Below, one piece after another: positions 1-11,685 of a DNA stretch of 64,000 nucleotides. The stretch is from NCBI RefSeq assembly GCF_000143415.4, contig NW_003314292.1, positions 999,498 through 1,063,497 on the forward strand. Direction: 5' to 3'. A model generated the notes under the pieces. That model searched no databases and was not told the origin of the DNA. It was given only the letters and a program-made list of their open reading frames with translations. The number at the start of each line of letters is the position of its first letter. The first letter of the stretch is position 1. The DNA is from Selaginella moellendorffii (lineage: Eukaryota > Plantae > Lycopodiophyta). The translations under genes were made by a program, and so were the position numbers.

Positions 1-66
1 TCTTAAAGAATCATGGAAGTGAAATCAGAGACGTATGCACTTTAAACATAGATAAAGATGGAGATC

Positions 67-313
67 TCATTGCTTCAGTGGAAAAAATTGATAAATATAG
101 CCTAAATTTATTCCTTGGGCTCGTTTGGCATTGTGCTCGAGAAGATGTTGCATATGCTCCTTGCTCATGCCAAGGCCTCTCTTTCCAGTTTGCTTGCTTG
201 ATCCCTGCAACTCAGAGAACCTGTGCTTGAGTTTGAAAGTTCCAGCCACACCATTCACGCCATGAAGAAAAAGCACCAAAACACAAAGACTCAGAAGAAC
301 AATCAGGCTTCAT
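67..313 (-). pseudogene. Possible small secreted peptide gene with a 1-bp frameshift after the start codon
   Basis: Minus strand reads ATG AAG C CTG ATT GTT CTT... Removing one C gives MKLIVLLSLCVLVLFLHGVNG (signal-peptide-like) in frame with ORF 67..279. Confidence 0.35.
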
Positions 314-438
314 CTAAAACAAACAAGAATTTCTAACATACTGGTTTTATTGATCTACAAATGATGGAGAGGCTCTAAACTAAAAATGGAACCCTTTTTT
401 CTCGTCGTCCTTGTCCTTGTGCTTTGAATCTTCATGAT

Positions 439-735
439 TCATAGACTTCTTTCTGCAGATGTTGATATTGATGTTGATGTTTTGTTGTTATTGTTGTTGC
501 TCCTCCTGTGCTTGTCAGACCCATGGACTGGAGGACCTCCATCTTCATGATCATGATCATCCATCTCAGGAGGATGCATTAGAGAACTGGATGCTGGTTC
601 CACTGATGAGTCTTGATCAGCAATACCATTGTCCAAAGACAAGAGCTCCCTTCTACCCAAAGAAGAAGAAGAAGACACAGCTATCTGGAAAGTGGCAAAG
701 GCAAAAACTAGAAACAACACCAAAACAGTCTTCAT
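439..735 (-). CDS. Small secreted peptide precursor (98 aa), family unassigned
   Basis: True ATG, hydrophobic signal peptide MKTVLVLFLVFAFATFQIAVS, GRRELL site and a Pro/His-rich segment. TATA-like element near 803-810. Confidence 0.55.
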   Translation of the reverse strand: MKTVLVLFLVFAFATFQIAVSSSSSLGRRELLSLDNGIADQDSSVEPASSSLMHPPEMDDHDHEDGGPPVHGSDKHRRSNNNNNKTSTSISTSAERSL

Positions 736-899
736 TGTCGTAGTAGGTGATTAATGGAGCTCAATCAACTCTTGCTGAATAATCTCTAGACCTTGCAAGC
801 CTTATATATTATGTTACATTCCAGCATGCATTGCCAAGTGGTTGAATGCTTAATGCATTCACCCATTGCCATCGAAATCTAATAGTATAAACATGTAAT

Positions 900-984
900 G
901 TCAGTATGGCTGAGCGGTCTAAGGCGGCAGACTCAAGTTCTGCTCCTCTCACGAGGGCGCAGGTTCAAATCCCGTATACTTGCA
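900..984 (+). tRNA. tRNA-Leu(CAA), probably degenerate or pseudogenic
   Basis: GTCAGTA TGGCTGAGCGGTCTAAGGCG, anticodon arm GCAGA-CTCAAGT-TCTGC, long variable arm and GGTTCAAATCC B-box. The T-stem and 3' acceptor strand have mismatches and there is no downstream poly-T. Confidence 0.75.
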
Positions 985-1485
985 CATTCACATTCAAGAA
1001 CAAGAAAACGTTAACTAAATCATAACGTTAAAATAATTTTGCACAAAGATGAAACCAATAAAATCTATCACTTAAAAGACCTTAAAAAGCAGTGAAGTCA
1101 AGTAAACAAACAAACGTCCAAAACACTTAAAAGACAGCAAGAAGATAGAATCATGGGCATTTTGCGATTCATCTACTCCTTCCATGACTCATTCTCGACC
1201 CCAAGGCATAGATTTGCTCCTTTAGGACCGCAAATGCCTCCACTTCCAAAATGTGGTTTCTTCTTTCCAAATCCCCAGTCAAGGCATTTGGTGTTGGAAA
1301 GGAAGTTCTCCACAATCGAGAGAACCCTAGAAAGGTTTAAAGGTCAAAAACTTCTTGTTTCACTGCTGGGAGTAAGACGGCGCTCTTAGGCATCCAATCT
1401 CGGGGGTATGATACCTGGTAAATGCTGCGCTACGTGCGCTCATCACTACATTGACCCCATAAACCCTAGAGCTCCTAGGGCGGCG

Positions 1486-3337
1486 ATGGCGGCAGTGGCG
1501 GGGCTCTACCGCCGCGTTCTTCCTCTTCCGGGCATCGATTTCACCTGTCGCGAGGGCAAGGTAAGGCGCCGTGATCAGCGTTTGGTCGCGATCGATGCGT
1601 ATCTCTCGCGTAGGAAATATTTCGCGAGGCTCTCGAGGATGGAACCATGGAGGGATTCTTCAAGTTGATCGCGCATTTCCAGACGCAGGCTGAGCCGGCG
1701 TTTTGTGGCCTTGCCTCTTTGTCCATGGTGCTCAACTCGCTGTCCATCGATCCAGGAAGAAAATGGAAAGGTACACAGTTTGTTCTTTCTTTCTTTGCCA
1801 CCTCCATAGATATTTTTCTTTCTTCCACCTTACAAGCTTTCTTTGCAGGACCGTGGAGATGGTTTGATGAATCGATGCTGGATTGCTGCGAGCCGCTGGA
1901 GAAAGTGAAGACTGATGGAATCTCTTTTGCCAAAGTTACGTGCTTGGGTGAGTGTTCTGGTGCAAGAGTGGAAGCAGTTCGAGCCAGCGAGAGCTCACTG
2001 GAAGATTTCCGCAGCGTTGTGAAGAAATGTTGCTCGTCGGAGGACGAGCACTTGATTGCATCATACAATCGGCAGCTTTTGAAGCAGGTACTTTGTTTGC
2101 GGTCTTCGTTGCAACAGTTAAAACAGCTTAGAATTGACTGGAACTTTTTTTTCTTTGAGACTGGCACTGGACATTTCTCACCGATCGGTGGCTACCACGA
2201 GCGAAGAGACATGGCTTTGATTCTGGACGTGGCAAGATTCAAATATCCTCCACACTGGGTGCCATTGAACGTGCTGTGGGACGCTGTAAACACCGTGGAC
2301 GTATCAACTGGAAAATCGAGAGGGTAAGACGAGTATTGCTTATTTTTTCTCCTCTCATGCACAACTTCATCCTGCAGGTTCATGGTTGTTACAAAGCGAA
2401 GCGAACCACCTTCACTCTTGTTTACTTCGGTGAGTGAACATTAAATTCATTTGCCGATCAAGAATCGCGTAAAACTTGTTACTCTCTTGCAGTCTTGCAA
2501 AGTCGAGAACTGGAGGGATGTTTCTAGATTTCTCAGCCAGGAACTCCGTGTAGTTGTGCGCAATGGAAAGATGACAAGCGTCGAGGATGTCTTCTCCGCT
2601 ATTCTGGAAACCTTTCCGGGTAAGGTAACCGGGTTTGTGAAATGGATAGTGGAGGTGAGGAGATCGAACGATGAATCTGGCAAACTGGACAACGATGAAA
2701 TGCAGCGATTGACTCTTAAGGTCGGTTCATTTGACAGCAAAACTGATCATCTGCAACGTTTCTTTTTCTCCTGTCTTGCAGACAAACGTACTAAATCAGC
2801 TACGGAGCACAGATATGTACAAGCGGCTGGCTGGATGGCTCAAGTCGACCCCTTCGTGCCCGTGCGCACTGTCTGAAAAGAGTCTCACAGACGAAGTTGG
2901 CGAGGCATCGTGCCAAGGAAAGAGCCTGCTGTGTGGCGGACTGCATAAATCCAAGAGCTGTGCGAGCTGCGTGAGCTGCAAGAGAATGACAAGGACCACC
3001 GACGGCCAGGGTGCTGGCGTTCTTATCGGCGATGGCGGGGTCAAGGATGGCAACGTGCAAGTGATAGTCCCAACTGGTTCGTGCGAATTACACCCGACGC
3101 CCGTCGATGTTGTGACTGTACTCCTGCTCGCGCAGCCCAGCGAGACGTGGTCAGAGATCCCCAATTCGGAAGTGAGATTGGAGTTTGTCAACTTGGGTGC
3201 AACAGACAAGCTTCCAGATTTGCTTCAACTGGAGGTAGCGGAATGGCTTCCTAGATCTTTGGGGCTAATTTTCTCTCCTTCTCCAGGTTGTACACCTGCA
3301 GAGGCAGCTGCGAGTGCTCAACTGTAGCGACGAATGA
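1486..3337 (+). CDS. PCS: Phytochelatin synthase (8 exons)
   Basis: [14 protein letters not shown]-terminus and motifs [39 protein letters not shown] (Cys-His-Asp triad intact). Cys-rich C-terminus. GT-AG introns traced, e.g. 1561-1613, 1771-1848, 2088-2159, 3235-3286. Confidence 0.95.
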
Positions 3338-3496
3338 ACTGGGGAAAAGAAAACGAGAAAGAACTCCAAGCGAGAAACCATGAAACTCTTATGAACTTTG
3401 AACTTTCCTCCCTGCAGTGCCTACAGTGAGCTCCTTCCTTGCTGTGTTAACAAAACTGGAACTACGAACTATCTGCCAGACCTCTTTAAAGAAGTT

Positions 3497-4561
3497 TTAA
3501 AGTACGAGCTTGTGAATCGGGTTGGCTCTGAGGTCCACTCCGAAGAGCCGTGTCCCTCCCGAGACAGCCGCTTCCTCTTCGTCGTCCTCATCAGAAGACG
3601 AGTGATGCGACGAAAGGGTGAGCATTTCATTCGATCTGCTGCTCGCATTGACTGCAGTCGCTGGTGCTGGTGTTGCAGGCGAGACCGGAAAATGCGAGGA
3701 CAAGTGCTGCTGCTGCTGGTGCTCGTGCTGCTGATCGAAAGCTTCGTCCCCGGGAAGCGGGGCGAAAGCCGCTCGACCGGAAGTCGGCCTCTTGCGACAA
3801 TTGATGTAGAGTTCGTGACGAGCGCCTCGCTCAAAGGAGATGATGTCCCCAGCCTGGAGATCTTTATCCTTGACGAAACGTATCCATCCCTTGGTGAGGA
3901 CATAGCTCTGGCTGCTACTCCAGTAAGAGTAGCGGAACCACCACAACTCTCGACTTACAACGTCCTGGAAGGAGAGGAGGCGGCCTTTCTTTCGCAGGCA
4001 GGGATCCAGCGGGAACCACCTCTCGGCGTGCTGCTTGGGAATGACCAACCTGTTGAGCTTTCCAACATCGCTGGGAGTGACAACTTTGTAGAAGAGGTGC
4101 TCGTGAGCTGCTGCCCCTCCTCCGGTTGCTGGAGATCTCTCTTGATCATGGTACGTGTGCTGTGGTGATTTTAATGGATTCAACTTATCAGATTGGTGGT
4201 GATGCCAATTAGAGGCGTGCTGCTGCTGCTGCTGGATCGAGTGAAACTCACCACCATTGGCGAAGCTCATCCTGGAGAGTAAGCTTTCCTGACGACTCTT
4301 TTCTTTCAAAGCCTGGAGATTGCTAAAGAGCTGCTGCTGTTGCTGCTGGACAGTGTAAGCCGGAGGAGGAGGAGAGAGGTGGAGCTGCTGCTGGTAGTGG
4401 TGGAGTCCATAAAAGGAGCGCTGCTGCTGGAGCGAGGAAGAATCATACAGGCAAGCATCGTGCTCGTGATCCTGGGCCGCCGGTAACACCATCCCTCCAC
4501 ACTTTTGCCTCTTTCCTTCTCTCGCAGACGCTAACCCCCAGTTCAATGCAAACAGGCCCAT
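3497..4561 (-). CDS. B3-domain transcription repressor, NGATHA/NGAL (RAV-type without AP2), copy 1
   Basis: [26 protein letters not shown]...[19 protein letters not shown]3 domain and C-terminal RLFGV repression motif. Intronless. The start could be the downstream ATG (MVLPAAQ). Confidence 0.92.
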   Translation of the reverse strand: MGLFALNWGLASAREGKRQKCGGMVLPAAQDHEHDACLYDSSSLQQQRSFYGLHHYQQQLHLSPPPPAYTVQQQQQQLFSNLQALKEKSRQESLLSRMSFANGGEFHSIQQQQQHASNWHHHQSDKLNPLKSPQHTYHDQERSPATGGGAAAHEHLFYKVVTPSDVGKLNRLVIPKQHAERWFPLDPCLRKKGRLLSFQDVVSRELWWFRYSYWSSSQSYVLTKGWIRFVKDKDLQAGDIISFERGARHELYINCRKRPTSGRAAFAPLPGDEAFDQQHEHQQQQHLSSHFPVSPATPAPATAVNASSRSNEMLTLSSHHSSSDEDDEEEAAVSGGTRLFGVDLRANPIHKLVL

Positions 4562-7500
4562 TGCGCGCTTCTCTCCTTTCTCTCGCGACTCTCTCGGCCG
4601 ACACGACTGGACGACTCAGCAGCACTGCATCGATCGAGATCTCTCTCTCTCTCGAGGAGAGAGAGCAAAGAGAGAAAAAGAACGATAGAACAGAAAAAGA
4701 GGAGCGAGACTCTCTCTCTCGTGTGCACAGCTTCCTCGTAAGTAATCTTGCTGCTAGTTTGCGCGACACATTTGAATGAATGAATGACGCTTTGAGTTTG
4801 GAGCCAGGTAGGAAAAGAAGCGCTCAAGGGGAGCACTGGCCGACACGCACGACACCGCTACTCCCACACCAACACATTGGTACTTGTCCCTCCTCCCTCC
4901 TCTCCATCCACCATCGCCTTTTATATTGCCGGTTAGACAGGCACTGGAAGATGAAAGGAACGCTCGCTCGCTTCGCTCACTCTTAAGAACACGAGAACAC
5001 ACAGCACTGATGATGATGAACGAAGCAAAGCCAAAAAAAAAAAAAAAAAAGCGAGGAAGAAGGCGAAGAAGAACGAGGACGAAGACGTGATTTGCGTCGT
5101 TGAATACGTATTGCTTTGTAAGGCACTGCAAATAAATAGTATTTGTATTCCTTCATTCATTCATGTTGGTTTGTTTGTTGTCTCCTCGCTTAAATTTCTC
5201 TCTCTTTTTTTTACAGTCTGTAGAAAACATTGAATAAAAGTGGAAAGGATTTTTCTCCTGGTGTCAGCTGCGGAAAAAAATGGTTTTTTTTTTTGCGGAA
5301 GGAAAATTTAAAAAGCGAGAAAGAATATATGGAAATGGATGGATGAGTGAGTGAATGAATGAGCTCAGCTTATCAGTTGCTCATAACGCTACATTCTCAC
5401 AGGCTTTAAAGCGCGCTGTGTTTGTATACACATTAATGGATTTGCTCCCTGCCTGGCGATGGCTGCTGTGGCTGTGCTGTGTGATTAAATTCTAAAATAT
5501 ACCACCCAGCGTACAGAGGATTTCAATCGATCGCGCCCCCCAGCCAGGGATTAAAAATCTTTCTTTTTCTTGTTTGTTCTTTGCCTCTCACGGACCGTCC
5601 CGTTTGGAGGAGAAACGAGCGAGCTTTGTGCGTGAATTTGGGGCCATACTTATCGCTCGATCATGCCATACGTTGTTTTCTACGCTGGCGAGAGATGCAT
5701 GACTGGGCTTTCTGGCAACAAATGCGTGAGGTCAACGGGGGATTTCGCTCTTCCACGGGAAAGATTCATCACAGCAAAAACAGAGGAAGATAAGCATTAA
5801 TGTGGAGTTTTGTGTGATCAATTCCATTCAATCAGGGCTTCGATCGACCAATTTCCATCCGATCCTTGTCCAATTCCCTCTGGATTTTAAGGGCGAGAAG
5901 GCTGCCGCTGTTGCTGCGCGAATTCATTGCGAAAAATGCTTCTTGTCTCTTGTCAACTTGTCACCGCGCAAGACATTTTTGGGCGCGGGAAGCTCAACGC
6001 GAGGCACGCCAAACGGACAAAAGCCCACATTGATTCGCCCATTTGGGTCGTATTGGGTTGTCTTAATTTCTCAAATGGAGGCAGGCACGATGGCGATCGA
6101 TCGATGGGAAGCTAGCTTATTTACTTTTAAGTCTCGTCGGGATTAGCAAAGCGAGCGCGAGGAGAGAGGAGTGGCTTTCACACATCTGGAGTGGCAGTAG
6201 CTTCATAAAAAGGTGCGTAGTGTCTTATAAGCATACTTGGGTGGGTTTAGCTCTCTCTCTCTCTCTCTGTGTGTTTTTTTCTTCTTTCTTTCGTATCTTT
6301 TGGAAGTAAGAACAGCAAATCTGTTCCATATCCCCAGGTAAAACCTCTCCTATAAGCTATACGCTACGACAGTATAGCTACTTACACACTGGATTATCAA
6401 TCCCTCGCCGGCTTCGTGCTACTTGTGATAGCGAAAGCCGATCGAGATCACTGCTTATGCATGGGTTTTGTTTTGATTTGGCTTAAGTCAGCTTGATTTC
6501 TTCGATCCTTTGCAAAGCATGCATGCGAGTTCGATGGCCTTGAGTTAGTTCCTTGAGTGTTTATCCAATTTCACGAGCTTGAGCTTGCATAAATCTGGTT
6601 TTTTTTGGAAGTTCTTCTCTGGATCCATCTTAGATCATCTCAGTCAAAGACTTCTCGGATTTGGTCCACGCTTTCTCGCTCTCGTCGTTGGGATGTTGAG
6701 ATGAGTCCATTTCATTCATCATCAGCGAGCAGCTTCTGCCGAAAAGAACCGAGAGAGAAAAACCGAAACTAAGCTTGGAGAAATCACTCCACCTATCTGC
6801 GTGTGTGCGAGTGTGTTGTAGTTTTCAGTAGGCGTCCACAGCCTAGGCGCTGCCAAGCGAAACGAGTCAAACTCCGTCTTGAATGATAAGCCTACTCCTT
6901 GCGGTGGTATAACTGGTTTGTTGCTTGGATTTTCATTTGGGCGATGGTGGCTGTTTGGAGGCATTTGGATGGAGCCATCGTCCTCGTCTCTCGTCTCGTT
7001 CGCGTTCGTCCACCTACAAAATCTCTTTTTTACTCGTTTTCTCGTTGGGAAGGAAGCTATAGTTACTTCGGAAAGAAAAACTGTAGAAAAATCTTTCTCA
7101 CTGCTTGGTTTCTCGTGTGTAGTGCGACTGCGACTCGAGGAATGGGCGAGCTGGAGCTTTCACCACTTGATGAACTTCTCTGTCGAACTAGGTATCATCA
7201 CACACCACCACAACGCACACCACAGACAAAACTTAAGAACTCGGTTGTTTTCTCCTTGCCTCAAACATTTAAGCAGGCCACTCATACGATGGAGATGTCT
7301 TGGCAGAAGCAGCAGTGTAGCAGTCAAATATATCGCACTGGTAAGCAGTTTCTTCCCTCAGTCAAGGTCTCTCGTATCATCAAGTTCTCATCCATCATCA
7401 AGTTCCCCAAAACTTTTATAACTTTCCACTTCTTCCAGCTTGGTATGCTTTCCAAAACCATCATTCTGGGGAGTGATGATTCCGATTCAACCTTGGCTCC

Positions 7501-9312
7501 TCCTCGGTCTCCCACGTACTCGTGTTGCTCTCTCGATCGACTGATCCTTGATGGTTGAAACAAGGAGAGGATTCGCAGGAAGGTCCGTCCTGGCCGTGCT
7601 TTAAAAGATTTCCATGCCTCGGACGTACTTACTTGGAGGAATGAATGCTCTATGCAGGCAGGGGCAAGCAACAAGGATCATTTTGGCACATGAAGTGCGT
7701 TTAGCTTTAACTCCGGTTGCCAGATCCTCCGAGAATCCTCCAAAGAAAGAGGTAAAAAAGAGTTTTTTTTCTTTTCCTAGGCAGGAAAAAGCGAGTTATT
7801 CTTCCTTTTTCAGAAGGAAAACAAATAAAATGGAGAGAATAATTTCACTCAGTTGTTCGTGTGGCAGATCGTCCCATTCATGGCCTCTGTACTTGCTCGC
7901 CTATCACGGCTGTTCAAACTCTGCCTTGCTGCTCAGATACGGTATAAATACGGGGCTGGCTGCCTGGCGGACACTGTATCAGGTGCGGACATGGATTGGA
8001 TGTCTAACAAGACAAAAACGTATACACTACGGTCAGTCTGGTTTTTTCTTTTTCCGATGATCTTATCCTCAGCTAAACTCCAAACTTTTCTTGCATGATC
8101 TTTGCGAAAACTTGAGCTTTTCTTGTAAAATCTCTCTAACTCAAGCCCTTTCTTTTCGTTGCAGGAGGAGGGTTCAAAGATTTTGCGAGTACTTTCCTTA
8201 CGTACCAAGTTGAAACACTCGAAAAACAGGAGGGGAGGCGTTTGAGGCAAGTAAGTGAAGTTATGACCTTTAAGTAGTGCGTGCGTGCGCGCTTGTTTGT
8301 TTGTTTTTGCTTGATTTCACTTGATCGATCATAGCTTTTCTCCTGGTTGAGTGTTGCATTATATCCCGCCATGATCGTCTTAAGCTAACCACAGTACTTC
8401 CCCCTACCTCTCTAGAGAGCTAAGCCAGGTTTGCTCGTTTCACATGAATGTAACTCCCGCTTTGCTTGCAGTGCCTGGTTTGAGAGCTTTAATATTATCC
8501 CGTCATGATCGTCTCTAGCTAAGAAATCAGAGTACTTGTCCTAGAGCTCCTCTAACTTCCTTCTAAGCTGGAGAGAGAGAGAGAGAGAGAGAGTGAGAGA
8601 GCTCTAACACTCTTCTTTCCATAAGAGAGCTGCTTAGAGCTTGGAAGAGAACACACCACCACCACCACCTGGTTCTAGCTATCTATGATCTATCGCTCCT
8701 GCCTGGGATAATGGATGCGAATCCAGAAATCTAGCAGTCCTGGGTTTGTGCCTATGCAGTAGCCTCCCAACAAAGTCCCCCCAGTCAGTCAGTCACTCAC
8801 TCACACAAACAAAGCTCCTTGGAAAACTATTTGTTTGGTGTACTGTCTGGAGTGTCCATGTGTTTGCTCTTGGCTGTGCCTCTTTTGCCTGTGATCAGAC
8901 TGCGCTTTGAAAGCCTCTTTTTGGATGGAAACTTGGACGAGTTTGGAGTGCGTGATCGCTTGAGAATCACTTGTTTGGTGGTGTCCCATGTGAAAATGTG
9001 GGGTCTTCTTCCATCTCTGAGCTGATACTTACAACCTGAGACCTCTCTGAAGAGCTTCTCCCAGTTTTCCTTTTGCAAAAATATCCTTTTCCGAAAAAAC
9101 AATTGCTTTCCTTGCATGGAGATGCCTTCTCTGAGCGGATGTTGTCCGAGTGCTCAGCTTTTTCCTAACTTCCCGTAAGCGCTGTTCTTCCAGTCGGCTT
9201 ATAGTTCTCTCCAAGAACAGCAAGCTTTTTAAGTGGAACTTTGGTTCGACTTAATCAACCTGCGATGAGTGGAAGCCCCAGAGCTTGGATCAGTGTGTGT
9301 GTGTGAGTGAGT

Positions 9313-9317
<5 letters not shown>

Positions 9318-9368
<51 letters not shown>
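9318..9368. repeat. (GA)n microsatellite upstream of B3 copy 2
   Basis: About 25 GA units. Shorter GA/CT tracts occur near 8572-8600, 11655-11683 and 31250-31292. Confidence 0.9.
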
Positions 9369-9372
<4 letters not shown>

Positions 9373-9978
9373 GTGAGATTGAGAGAGATACCCCTGGCTT
9401 CTCTCAATACTATGCTGTCCCTCTCCGCTAGAAAATCTAAGAGGTCTCCTCACTCTCTCTATCGCTGCTCTTGCTTGCTATACCTCTCCTCTCTCTCTCT
9501 CTCTCGATCTTCTTCTTCTTCTTCCTCTGAGTAGCAATGTTTCAAACTCACAGTGACCTTCTACACGGGCCTGTGTATATAATCATCGTCTCTTTCTCTT
9601 TCTCTCCTTTTCTTTGTTGCCTTCTTCTTTGTCTTCCATCTCTCTTTCGCTTTTCCAGGGAGTGAAAGTGGCCCTCTTCTGATGAATACCGCCAATTCTT
9701 TCGACGATCAACCATGAAAACTCGCTCTCTCCTTCTCTCCCTCTCGGATTAAGATTGGCTTTTTCTTTTCTAGATTTCGTAGAATGATTACCCGGCCGAG
9801 TGGTATACGTTTGGAACCTCTCCAGCTGAATTCCACTCACGCTTGAAAACCAAGTTCGTCTAGTGCTAGAACTTTTGGTTGCTTCATCTCTACTGCTGCT
9901 TCCCTGCCTCATAGCAGTATACTTCCTTCCTAGGTAGAGAAGCTCTCCTCTTTGGATTGTTTTCTTCCTCACTCCTCG

Positions 9979-11253
9979 ATGGAATTCTCAAGAGATTTTG
10001 GTTATGTTCCAGCAGCAGGAGGCGATCACGAGAGGATTTTTTCGTATCAGCGTCATCACTCGGAGGAGGAGGAGCATGATCACCACAGCCGCCTGAGAGT
10101 GTTCTTGCCGAGCTGCGCCGCCGACTCATACGTTTCTTCCTCCTCCACTGCCGCCGCCGCTGCTTCCACGGCCGCGCACAACGATTCCTCCTCGGGTTGG
10201 CAGACTATGCTCGTCCACAGCCGGCCACAACAGCAGCTCCTCAACATCTTTCCCGATCACCACGACGATCACTGCGACCAGCTTGGAGCAGCAGCAGCAG
10301 TGGAGATGGAGCACAATCAAATGCGTTTCCACAGCAACGTGGAAACGATCCAAAGCTACCATGGTTTCCAGCACCACCACCAAGTCTACGATCACCACCA
10401 CCACCACTACGCTCCTCCGGACGAATCGATCTATCACAACAACAGCAGCAGCAGCACGACGAGCAGCACCACCGTGAGCTACCACCGCGATCAATCATCT
10501 CACGAGGAGGAGCTCCTGATCAAGCCGGGAGGAACATATGGCCAAGGAGGAGCTCATCACCAAGCTCACCACTTCTCGTCGCTGTATCAATACGAGCATC
10601 TCTTCTACAAGGTGGTGACTCCCAGCGATGTAGGCAAGCTCAACCGATTAGTGATCCCCAAGCAGCACGCCGAGCGCTGCTTCCCGCTGGATCCATCGCT
10701 CCGCAAGAAGGGACGCTTCCTCTCCTTCCAGGAGTCCTTCACTGGCAAAGTGTGGTGGTTCCGCTACTCGTACTGGAACAGCAGCCAGAGCTACGTCTTC
10801 ACCAAAGGATGGATTCGCTTCGTCAAGGAGAACAAGCTCAAGGCCGGAGACATCGTCTCGTTCGAGAGAGGATCGTCCAGGCACGAGAATTTCTACATCA
10901 GTTGTAGGAAGCGGCCGAGAACTCCATCGGATGATCCGGGCGCTGTCTCGACTCCTGCCGATCCCGCGCTTCTCCAGATGCTGTCATCGAGCCAGCAAGA
11001 TCATGACGATCACTCCCCGCAAAAGTACGAGTTTTTCCACAAGGAGGAAGATCACGAAGAGGACGAGGAGATGGACGTGGATCGAGAGGAGGACGAGGAC
11101 GACAATGTCACGGGCTCTACATCTTCTTCCCAGCAACACCAGCAAGCCATCAAGCTCTTCTCCTCGTCTTCCTCGTCGTCGACGCGATTGTTTGGAGTGG
11201 ATCTGGCCGCCACGTCGACCACATACTGCTGTTCTTCAGCGGAATCCACCTGA
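9979..11253 (+). CDS. B3-domain transcription repressor, NGATHA/NGAL, copy 2
   Basis: ATG at 9979 (MEFSRDFGY), B3 domain [32 protein letters not shown]...[14 protein letters not shown] and RLFGV motif. His/Ser-rich N-terminus. Confidence 0.93.
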   Translation: MEFSRDFGYVPAAGGDHERIFSYQRHHSEEEEHDHHSRLRVFLPSCAADSYVSSSSTAAAAASTAAHNDSSSGWQTMLVHSRPQQQLLNIFPDHHDDHCDQLGAAAAVEMEHNQMRFHSNVETIQSYHGFQHHHQVYDHHHHHYAPPDESIYHNNSSSSTTSSTTVSYHRDQSSHEEELLIKPGGTYGQGGAHHQAHHFSSLYQYEHLFYKVVTPSDVGKLNRLVIPKQHAERCFPLDPSLRKKGRFLSFQESFTGKVWWFRYSYWNSSQSYVFTKGWIRFVKENKLKAGDIVSFERGSSRHENFYISCRKRPRTPSDDPGAVSTPADPALLQMLSSSQQDHDDHSPQKYEFFHKEEDHEEDEEMDVDREEDEDDNVTGSTSSSQQHQQAIKLFSSSSSSSTRLFGVDLAATSTTYCCSSAEST

Positions 11254-11650
11254 TCCAGATCCAGAGCTGGGATTTTGAGACAATGGGTCGGTGGATCGAT
11301 GCATTGGGTCTCGTGGGTCGTGGCTCAATTCCCCGCTAGCGTCTGGAGGGAGCCGAATTGCAGCGACAGAGATTCGAGAATGTTGGTGTTTTTCTTTGCT
11401 GTTTATGGAGAACTCCGTTGGTTGTTCTTGGCTTGTCTTGGTTTTGGGCTCCAATTCCAGCGTCCAATTCCTTTCTCGTTTTCGTGCTTGTCAATGGAGA
11501 GGAATTGAATTGAATGAGCGGCCATTATGCTCCAGATGTGTTGCGCGGAGGAATAGAATATTTCATACTATGCACGTGGAATCACGAATTGATTCCTTCT
11601 TCTCCTTCCTTTCGCCCATCCCATGGAAGGAAGAAACTTAAAGACGCGCT

Positions 11651-11685
<35 letters not shown>

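Noticed and set aside
3398-4168. 256-aa plus-strand ORF (and similar shadow ORFs over PIN, the RLP, B3 copy 2 and gag-pol)
   Set aside because: Antisense or off-frame shadows of GC-rich real genes, with non-ATG starts and no recognisable motifs.
6879-8250. Several 100-220-aa ORFs in the B3 spacer
   Set aside because: No motifs, mostly non-ATG starts and non-coding composition.
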